Positions 53,272-60,798 of a stretch of 64,000 nucleotides of DNA are shown here, piece by piece (the first letter of the stretch is position 1; every line of letters starts with the position of its first letter). The translations under genes and the position numbers were made by a program. The stretch is taken from NCBI GenBank assembly GCA_902577425.1, contig CACGZD010000001.1, positions 113,860 to 177,859 on the forward strand. Direction: 5' to 3'. The DNA is from an uncultured Alphaproteobacteria bacterium (lineage in GTDB: Bacteria > Pseudomonadota > Alphaproteobacteria > HIMB59 > GCA-002718135). Under the pieces are notes generated by a model. The model saw only the letters and a list, made by a program, of their open reading frames with translations. It ran no database searches and had not been told where the DNA came from.

Positions 53272-53820
53272 TTAATTTTTTTTCAGAACTTTCCATGCTA
53301 AAGATATTCTCAGGCCCATAAATCTTTGACTAGGAGCTTCAGCGTAATGACAAATATTTCCAGGAAAAAATACAGCTCTATTAGGTTTATAGCTTACAGT
53401 TTTAATAATTTCAGTATCCAAGGAGGGTTGCTGGCCCATGTGATTTAAAAAAAATAAAGCTCCGTTCCATCTTAAATCCCACTCAGGATTTGGATAATAC
53501 AAGAAAGTAAATGCATTAGCATCAGGTTCTTTTACATCAGAATGAGCAGTGCCATTTTGGTTTGCAGTTTGTCCATTTGCATAACAAGTTATTAATTGAT
53601 AATTAGAAGGATCAGATTTTAGAAATTTTTCACAGATTATTTTAAATAAGGTATCCTGGAAAAAACTTTCTTGATCCAATTTTTCCATATGCCAAAATCT
53701 TCCACCAGTTGCACTTCCACCAGTATAACTCCATTTAGGCCTTTGAAGTAATTCCCAAGTTTTTTTAGCTAAATCTGCTGGGAAGACATTATCAAAAACT
53801 TTTATTTCCAAATCAGCCAT
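53272..53820 (-). CDS. 2OG-Fe(II) oxygenase superfamily protein (small, prolyl-hydroxylase-like)
   Basis: HxD (GTAHSD), a distal His (ICHYAE) and an RxS-like motif (RISLAW) in the expected order and spacing. 182 aa. Confidence 0.6.
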   Translation of the reverse strand: MADLEIKVFDNVFPADLAKKTWELLQRPKWSYTGGSATGGRFWHMEKLDQESFFQDTLFKIICEKFLKSDPSNYQLITCYANGQTANQNGTAHSDVKEPDANAFTFLYYPNPEWDLRWNGALFFLNHMGQQPSLDTEIIKTVSYKPNRAVFFPGNICHYAEAPSQRFMGLRISLAWKVLKKN

Positions 53821-53903
53821 TATATAAAATAAAGTAAATTATATTTTACAAAAATTCTATATTTTTTTTTATTTAATATTTATATTAATAAGAATAAATT
53901 TAA

Positions 53904-55253
53904 ATGCCCAATAAACCCTCAAATATTAACTATGAACTATCAATTATAGCTGATCAGCTTAGTAAAAAGTTAGATAAAATTTCTACTGATGAAATTATAA
54001 AAAAATTAATTTATTTTAAAAAATCTGAACCTAGTGAAATCAAGGTATATAATTACTTATCACTTTTTTATAATAAAAGTTCAAAATATTTAAAAGCAAT
54101 AAATATTTGTAAAGAAGGTATTCATCTTTTTCCAAATGACTCAAATAGTTATTATATAATATCTGAATCTTTTTTAAAATTAAATAAAACAAATGAGGCA
54201 ATTAGTAATTTAAAAAAAGCTATATTAATAAATAATAATAATTATTTTGCACATAATGCATTAGGAAATATTTATTGGAAAAATGACAATATTGATGAAG
54301 CAATATGTTGCTTTCAAAATGTCTTAAAAATAAATCCTAATTTTAAAGATGCAGAAAAAAAAATAAAGATTGCTAGAAAAAAACGTATAGGACTAATTAA
54401 CCATCTTACTTATCATCTCCCAAAAAAGAGTGATAATTTGAGTACAATAAATATTGTTAATGATAAACTTCAAAAAATTAATTCAAATTTTAGTTTAAAT
54501 TGCCTAATTGAGGATGCAAAGATTATTGAACTAATAAATGACATTCAACAAATAATAGAAATAAACCAAATAAATACAGATTTTGAAGGATCTCAAATTT
54601 TTAGAAAAGGTATAATAAAGTATAACTGCACAAGACACTTTAAAATTTTTAATAAATTTAAAGTTATTCCTTATAATTGTTTTAGTTGTTATAAAATTCA
54701 AATTGAACCTAGAAATATTATTGAATTAATAAAATTATATTTGGTTCTTGAAAACTTAGATTTAGAAAAAAATTTAACAAGAAAATGTATGGTTGAAACT
54801 AGAAATAATATTTCAGGAAAATATAAAGGTTATATTTATTGTATAGGATTAAAGGAAGCTGAACACACCCTTAAATTAATTAATCCAATTTTAGATAATA
54901 CTATAGGAGTTAAAATACCAAGATTTATTAAAAGAGGTTGTTCAGAGTTTGGTATTACTTACCCAAATTATAAAGAATTGAATCCATTAAGTACAAATTT
55001 TATGAAATATAATAAAACATGGAAAGAAAAAGAGGAGATTATTGACAGTGAATTAAAAGAGCAGGTTAAAGGAAAAAAATTAATTGACGAAGATAAGTTC
55101 TATATGAAAAAAAATAAAATTGGAATTACTATAAGAGATGTATTGGTAATATATAATTGGTTATTTTATGCTCAAAAAATAAAAGATGAAAATGTTAAAA
55201 AATTGTGTAAAAAAATAACATATTCTAACTTTATTGATAAAAAATTTATATAA
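53904..55253 (+). CDS. TPR-repeat protein with uncharacterised Cys-containing C-terminal domain
   Basis: N-terminal ~150 aa has TPR-like repeats (YYIISESFLKLNKTNEAISNLKKAILINNNNYFAHNALGNIYWKNDNIDEAICCFQNVLKINPN). The C-terminal ~285 aa has conserved-looking Cys pairs (CTRH...CFSCYK, RKCM, RGCSEF) and no family I recognise. Confidence 0.6.
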   Translation: MPNKPSNINYELSIIADQLSKKLDKISTDEIIKKLIYFKKSEPSEIKVYNYLSLFYNKSSKYLKAINICKEGIHLFPNDSNSYYIISESFLKLNKTNEAISNLKKAILINNNNYFAHNALGNIYWKNDNIDEAICCFQNVLKINPNFKDAEKKIKIARKKRIGLINHLTYHLPKKSDNLSTINIVNDKLQKINSNFSLNCLIEDAKIIELINDIQQIIEINQINTDFEGSQIFRKGIIKYNCTRHFKIFNKFKVIPYNCFSCYKIQIEPRNIIELIKLYLVLENLDLEKNLTRKCMVETRNNISGKYKGYIYCIGLKEAEHTLKLINPILDNTIGVKIPRFIKRGCSEFGITYPNYKELNPLSTNFMKYNKTWKEKEEIIDSELKEQVKGKKLIDEDKFYMKKNKIGITIRDVLVIYNWLFYAQKIKDENVKKLCKKITYSNFIDKKFI

Positions 55254-55260
55254 TAAATAA

Positions 55261-55335
55261 TGGCTGGGGCGGTAGGATTCGAACCTACGAATGTCGGCTC
55301 CAAAAGCCGATGCCTTACCGCTTGGCGACGCCCCA
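55261..55335 (-). tRNA. tRNA-Gln (anticodon UUG), CCA encoded
   Basis: The reverse complement TGGGGCGTCGCCAAGCGGTAAGGCATCGGCTTTTGGAGCCGACATTCGTAGGTTCGAATCCTACCGCCCCAGCCA closely parallels E. coli tRNA-Gln. Anticodon loop TTTTGGA. Confidence 0.93.
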
Positions 55336-55425
55336 ATAATTATATTTTTTTCTTATATAATAAATGTCTATTATCGAAAACAAAACTTAAAAGGAACAAA
55401 AAAAACATTTATACCATAAATTAGT

Positions 55426-57159
55426 ATGAGCAAATACTTTAATGTATTACCAAAAAATGAAGATATTAAAACATCTGATATATTCAATGGTTGGGCAAAT
55501 ATTTACTCCCTTATAAAAAAAGAAACTCGTAATAAAAGCATGATTATTGCTATAGATGGTGATTATTCTACAAATTGGGATATTTATATTCAAAACTTAA
55601 ATTTAATTTTTAAAGATAAAAAAATAAAAATTTTAAATTTTAATAAATGCATTTTAAGTTTTAAAAAAATTAATAATTATTTTTTAAATCATTTATCAGA
55701 TAAAGATAAGTTATTTGGAAAAATTACTAATAAAAATATTGACAGCATAATCAACAAAAAGATTTTGAAACAATATAAAAGAATTTTTTTTAAAATTTTG
55801 CACTCAAATAAATTAAGTTACATTATATGTATTGGAACTGGCATTGGAAATTTAAATATTAACAAATATTTTGATCTATTATTTTATTCAAATTTAACTA
55901 GGCATGAATCAATAAATAGCAATAACTGGAGTAAAAAAATTGGCAAAACCCAAACCATAAGCCCTAATACTTTCTATTACCATATCTTTCCAATTATGGA
56001 AAAATATCAAAATCAACTTATAAAAAAAATTGATTATTACATTAATTTTAGTAAGAATAATTTTCCTGTAATAATATCAAATGATAATTTAAAAAAAATA
56101 ATTAATGCCTCAACTCAAATTCCTATAAAATTTAATCCTTTATATGAGCCGGGGGTTTGGGGTGGGCAATGGCTATGTAAAAAAAGAAAATTAAAATTGC
56201 CAAACTGCTCGATAGGTTTAGAATTAATTGCGCAAGAACAAAGTTTAATTTTTAAATTTAAAAATAAAAAATTAGAAATTCCTTTTTCATTAATAATGTA
56301 TTTAAAGTCTAAAAATATATTAGGAGTAAAATTTTCAAAAAAATATAAAAATTATTTTCCTGTAAGAATAGCCTATGATGATACTTATAAAAATAAAGGA
56401 GACAATCTTTCAATACAAGTTCATCCAGATAAAACATATATGAAAAAAAATTTTAATGAACCAATTGGTCAATCAGAAATATATTATATTACTGATAGTT
56501 ATAAAAAAAGTGGAGTATTTTTAGGTTTTAAAAAAAAGATATCAAAAAAAGAATTTATAAAAGATGTTATTAATTCTAGCAAAAAAAATGTAAAAATTGA
56601 TTATGAAAAATATATTAACTTTGAAAAAGCTAAAAAAGGAAATCTTTATTTAATTCCACCAGGAACCGTTCATGCTTCAGGCAAAAATAATTTTGTTTTA
56701 GAAATTAGTAACACACCCTATCGATATACATTTAAAATATATGATTATTGTAGAAAAAATCTAGATGGAAAAAAAAGATCATTATCTATAGATCATGCAT
56801 TAAAAGTTTTAAAATTTAATAGAACTGAAAATTGGATTAAACAAAATCTAATTCCCAAACCTCAATTTATAAGAAATATTAATCAAGGTACAGAATATCT
56901 ATTATCAAACAATAAAAATTTTACTTTTAACATTTACAGGATTCATTTTAAGAAATATTATTTTGATAAAACTCAAAATAGTCTTCATATTATTAATCTT
57001 GTAGAAGGATCCAAAATTAGGATAATAGCTAAAAAAAATAACCATGAAGTAGTAATCAAACATTCACAAACTCTACTTTTACCTCAATCATTAAATGAAT
57101 ATAAAATATTGAATATGGGTAAGGGCGAATGTAAAATTATTAAGATAATTTTGAAGTAG
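55426..57159 (+). CDS. Class I mannose-6-phosphate isomerase-like cupin with ~235-aa uncharacterised N-terminal extension
   Basis: The C-terminal half carries PMI type I motifs (YEPGVWGGQWL, LSIQVHPD, SEIYYI, PPGTVHASG). No family recognised for the N-terminal part. Confidence 0.6.
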   Translation: MSKYFNVLPKNEDIKTSDIFNGWANIYSLIKKETRNKSMIIAIDGDYSTNWDIYIQNLNLIFKDKKIKILNFNKCILSFKKINNYFLNHLSDKDKLFGKITNKNIDSIINKKILKQYKRIFFKILHSNKLSYIICIGTGIGNLNINKYFDLLFYSNLTRHESINSNNWSKKIGKTQTISPNTFYYHIFPIMEKYQNQLIKKIDYYINFSKNNFPVIISNDNLKKIINASTQIPIKFNPLYEPGVWGGQWLCKKRKLKLPNCSIGLELIAQEQSLIFKFKNKKLEIPFSLIMYLKSKNILGVKFSKKYKNYFPVRIAYDDTYKNKGDNLSIQVHPDKTYMKKNFNEPIGQSEIYYITDSYKKSGVFLGFKKKISKKEFIKDVINSSKKNVKIDYEKYINFEKAKKGNLYLIPPGTVHASGKNNFVLEISNTPYRYTFKIYDYCRKNLDGKKRSLSIDHALKVLKFNRTENWIKQNLIPKPQFIRNINQGTEYLLSNNKNFTFNIYRIHFKKYYFDKTQNSLHIINLVEGSKIRIIAKKNNHEVVIKHSQTLLLPQSLNEYKILNMGKGECKIIKIILK

Positions 57160-57161
57160 AT

Positions 57162-58070
57162 ATGAAAAATATTATAGCACTTGATATTGGAGGCACTTCA
57201 ATTAAATCAGCAATAATTAAATCCAATGGATCATTTTTAGAAAATTCTTGTAAAATTAGTGAGATTGATTCAAATCAAAACAAAGATTATATTATTAATA
57301 AGTTTATTTTTCCAATTAAACAATCTATTCAATATTTAAATGAACAGAAAATTGATTTGGATGGTATTGCTATCTCTATATGTGGTCCTTTTGACTATGA
57401 AAAAGGAATTTCATTAATAAAGAATCTAGATAAATATGAGTCAATTTATAATTTAAATATAAAAAAAATAATTAGAGAAAAATTATTTTTATCAAATAAA
57501 ATTCCTATAGTATTTGATCCAGATGCATGGAGTTTTGGAAGAGGAGAAGTAAATTTTAATAATTATGAAAATTATAATAAAATCATTGTATTCACTATGG
57601 GTACTGGAATTGGAAGTTGCTTTATTGAAAACAAAAAAGTTGTTTCAGAAGGCAAAGGTATTCCTTGTTTTGGGTGGGTCTCTGGCCAAAAATATAAAGA
57701 TGGAATATTAAATGACTACACTTCAAGTATATTTATGAAAAAAAAATATTTTGAGATAACTAAAGAAAATATTAGCATAAAATCTATGGCAGAAAGAGCT
57801 AGAAAAGAAGATAAAAATGCAAAAGCTATTTTTGATGAAATAGGCAATACTCTAGGATCTTTTTTAAAAGAAAATTTTGTAGATGAATTTAAGACAAATT
57901 GTATAATATTTGGAGGCCAAATATCTATGGCATCAGACCTATTTATTGACAAAATACAATATCATCTTCAAAATAGTAAGTATTTAAAAAAAATTACAAA
58001 AGCACAAGATATACAATTTGCTGCTCTAAAAGGTGCTGCTCAACTTTTATTTGAAAAAAAACTAAGATGA
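57162..58070 (+). CDS. ROK-family sugar kinase-like protein (lacks the CxCGxxGC zinc motif)
   Basis: ASKHA/ROK N-terminus ALDIGGTSIKSA, the second phosphate motif TMGTGIGS and a C-terminal GGQIS...AALKGAA. No Cys-rich zinc motif is present. Confidence 0.68.
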   Translation: MKNIIALDIGGTSIKSAIIKSNGSFLENSCKISEIDSNQNKDYIINKFIFPIKQSIQYLNEQKIDLDGIAISICGPFDYEKGISLIKNLDKYESIYNLNIKKIIREKLFLSNKIPIVFDPDAWSFGRGEVNFNNYENYNKIIVFTMGTGIGSCFIENKKVVSEGKGIPCFGWVSGQKYKDGILNDYTSSIFMKKKYFEITKENISIKSMAERARKEDKNAKAIFDEIGNTLGSFLKENFVDEFKTNCIIFGGQISMASDLFIDKIQYHLQNSKYLKKITKAQDIQFAALKGAAQLLFEKKLR

Positions 58071-58882
58071 ATGATTTAAGAAATCAATTAACAAAAGAAG
58101 GATATATAAAAATTAATAATTTAATTGACAAAAAATTACTTACAAAAATAAATGTTTTAACTACAGATCTAGTAAATAATCAAACTGAAAAAGAAAAAAA
58201 AGAACAGGTCTCAACTGGCAGTATGATTAGTGTATCAAATCATGAAAATTTTTTAAGTTTAATAATAAACGATGAATTACTTAAAATTTTTAGTAGAATG
58301 GGGTACAATAATCCTAAATGGTCTTCAGGTTATATTATTGGTAAAGAATCTAATTCAGCACCTCTTTATTGGCATACTGATTGGTGGGCATGGGATGACC
58401 CTATAAGTTTTTCTAAAGAACCTCCAATGATATTTGTAATGTTTTATTTAACAAATACAAATAAAACAAATGGTTGTCTAAGGGTAATTCCTGGATCTCA
58501 TTTAAAATTTAATGAAGTGCACAAATATATAAAGAAACACCATTCACATTATAGATTATATAATAATCCGGATGACCCCGTATTCAAATCTGTAAAAGAC
58601 GAATTAGATGTAACATCAAATTTAGGAGATGTTATTATTGGAGATGGTCGTATCCTTCATGCAGCTCATCCTAATTTAAGTAATAAAATGCGGACTGTTG
58701 TTACCTTATGGTATTACCCTGACTTTGATGAATTACCTGATCATATTAAAGCAAGTTCAGAGGATCATCACAAATGGCCAAAAAATTGGAATGAAAAATC
58801 ATTAGATATTTTAAAAAAATACTTTCCAAAATATGAAGGAAATGCAAAAAAAATTAAATGGAATAGAATAAGATATGAATAA
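58067..58882 (+). CDS. Phytanoyl-CoA dioxygenase (PhyH) family Fe(II)/2OG oxygenase
   Basis: HxD (WHTD), NGCLRVIPGSH, distal His (RILHAAHPN) and an Arg (KMRTVVTLWY) in PhyH order. 4-nt overlap with the ROK gene. Confidence 0.7.
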   Translation: MNDLRNQLTKEGYIKINNLIDKKLLTKINVLTTDLVNNQTEKEKKEQVSTGSMISVSNHENFLSLIINDELLKIFSRMGYNNPKWSSGYIIGKESNSAPLYWHTDWWAWDDPISFSKEPPMIFVMFYLTNTNKTNGCLRVIPGSHLKFNEVHKYIKKHHSHYRLYNNPDDPVFKSVKDELDVTSNLGDVIIGDGRILHAAHPNLSNKMRTVVTLWYYPDFDELPDHIKASSEDHHKWPKNWNEKSLDILKKYFPKYEGNAKKIKWNRIRYE

Positions 58883-59642
58883 AAAAGAGATTTCTATTCA
58901 GCTCTATACTGCTAGAAATTTCAAACCTTACGAAAATATATTTAAATTTTTATCTGAGCAAGGCTTCCAGGATGTTGAATTATTTGAAGTTGAAGCCTTT
59001 GATGAAACTAGAGATTTATTAGATAAATATAATTTAAATGCCAAATCCTCTCATATAGGATTTGATACTCTTAAAGATACAAAGAATATTATTTCAAATT
59101 TACAAAAGCTAAAAGTTAAACATGCAATTATACCTTGCCCAGTTGGAAAACCAGGAGGAAAGTTTGAAGCAATTTTTGATAAAAATGAAAAAGAATGGAA
59201 TGATTTTGGTAAAGAACTAGCTTCTTATGTAAAAATTTTTGAAGATAATGGAATGACCTTAGGTTATCACAATCACGCATTCGAATTTAATATGCTTCCT
59301 AGTGGTAAAATGCCTATAGAGTGTATTTTGAATCATAATGAAAAATTAAAATATGAAATTGATATAGGCTGGGTAGTAGCTGGAAAAGCAGATCCGATAT
59401 TTTGGATTAAAAAATATGCTTCGAGAATCATTGCTTGTCATTTGAAAGATTTTTCTTCACCTGATAAAAATTTAATTGATCACAATTCACAATGTGCAAT
59501 TGGTAATGGTTTTATAGATTGGAAATCTATTCTTTATGAAATAAAAAAAACCAACTGTGAAATTTTAGCCTTAGAACATGATGATCCTAAAGATTATAAA
59601 GACTATGTTTTGAAATCTTTAAATTTTTTGAGTAACATATAA
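58875..59642 (+). CDS. Xylose-isomerase-like TIM-barrel protein (sugar phosphate isomerase/epimerase family)
   Basis: Metal-ligand pattern of the AP endonuclease 2/XI-like TIM barrel (E..., YHNHAFEF, DIGW, HLKD, EHD). 8-nt overlap with the PhyH gene. Confidence 0.7.
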   Translation: MNKKEISIQLYTARNFKPYENIFKFLSEQGFQDVELFEVEAFDETRDLLDKYNLNAKSSHIGFDTLKDTKNIISNLQKLKVKHAIIPCPVGKPGGKFEAIFDKNEKEWNDFGKELASYVKIFEDNGMTLGYHNHAFEFNMLPSGKMPIECILNHNEKLKYEIDIGWVVAGKADPIFWIKKYASRIIACHLKDFSSPDKNLIDHNSQCAIGNGFIDWKSILYEIKKTNCEILALEHDDPKDYKDYVLKSLNFLSNI

Positions 59643-59643
59643 A

Positions 59644-60768
59644 ATGAAAGTTGGAATCATAGGTTGTGGAAATATTTCTGAAATATATTTTAAATGTCAA
59701 AATATTTATAATAATTTTGAAATAGTCGCTTGTGCAGATATAAAACTTGAAGCTGCAAAAAAAACTGCAGAAAAATTCAATTTAAAGTTTCAAAGTGTTG
59801 AAAATCTTCTTTCAAATAGTGAGATTGACTTAATAATTAATCTAACCATTCCATCAGCTCACAAAGAAATAACAATTAATTCTTTAAAAGCTGGAAAACA
59901 TTGTTTTAGTGAAAAGCCACTTGCTATGAACTTTGCTGAAGGAAATGAAATTCAAGAAATATCTAAACAAAAAAATCTTTATGTAGGTTGTGCTCCTGAT
60001 ACTTTTTTAGGTGCAGCAGGTCAAAAAGCAAGAGCTTTAATCGATGAAAATAAAATTGGAAATATAGTTCTGGGAACTTTTAATCTCATGAATCACGGAA
60101 TGGAACACTGGCATCCTAATCCAGATTTTTTTTTCAAACCTGGAGCAGGCCCTGTATTTGATGTTGGAGTATATTATATTACTCATTTAGTTAATTTAAT
60201 TGGTCCTGTAAAAACTATAAGCGCTATAAGTGTAACGGTAAATGATGAAAGAACTATTACAAGCGAACTTAGATATGGAGAAAAAATAAAAGTTGAAACT
60301 CCCTCAACATTAATAGGTACTTTAGGTTTTACAAATAATGCAAAAATACAGTTTTTTTGTTCTTGGGATGTTTGGAAACATCAACACTCAACAATAGAGC
60401 TATATGGTTTAAATGGATCAATGATATTACCAGATCCAAATTTTTTTAGTGGTGATATTTTGGTTGCTAATAAAGATAAAGATTGGCAATTAATCAACAA
60501 TGATAATATGTTGTTAGGGATACCAAACATGACTGATAGTGATGGATCTAAGATAGCAAATTATAGAGGCATAGGATTATCAGATATGATTGATTCTATT
60601 AAAAATCAAAGACAGGCGAGATGTTCGCTTACTCTTTCAATGCATGTTTTAGAAGTAATGGAAGGAATCATTAAATCTGCAGAAAAAGAAGAAATTTATA
60701 ATTTAAAAACTCAACCTTCTCAACCCAAATTTTTTGATGAGAATGAAATTAGAAAATTAAAAAAATAA
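59644..60768 (+). CDS. Gfo/Idh/MocA family NAD(P)-dependent oxidoreductase
   Basis: N-terminal Rossmann VGIIGCGNIS and the family EKP motif (CFSEKPLA). 374 aa. Confidence 0.8.
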   Translation: MKVGIIGCGNISEIYFKCQNIYNNFEIVACADIKLEAAKKTAEKFNLKFQSVENLLSNSEIDLIINLTIPSAHKEITINSLKAGKHCFSEKPLAMNFAEGNEIQEISKQKNLYVGCAPDTFLGAAGQKARALIDENKIGNIVLGTFNLMNHGMEHWHPNPDFFFKPGAGPVFDVGVYYITHLVNLIGPVKTISAISVTVNDERTITSELRYGEKIKVETPSTLIGTLGFTNNAKIQFFCSWDVWKHQHSTIELYGLNGSMILPDPNFFSGDILVANKDKDWQLINNDNMLLGIPNMTDSDGSKIANYRGIGLSDMIDSIKNQRQARCSLTLSMHVLEVMEGIIKSAEKEEIYNLKTQPSQPKFFDENEIRKLKK

Positions 60769-60798
60769 ATTTATATAAATTTTTGTTAAATATAATTA

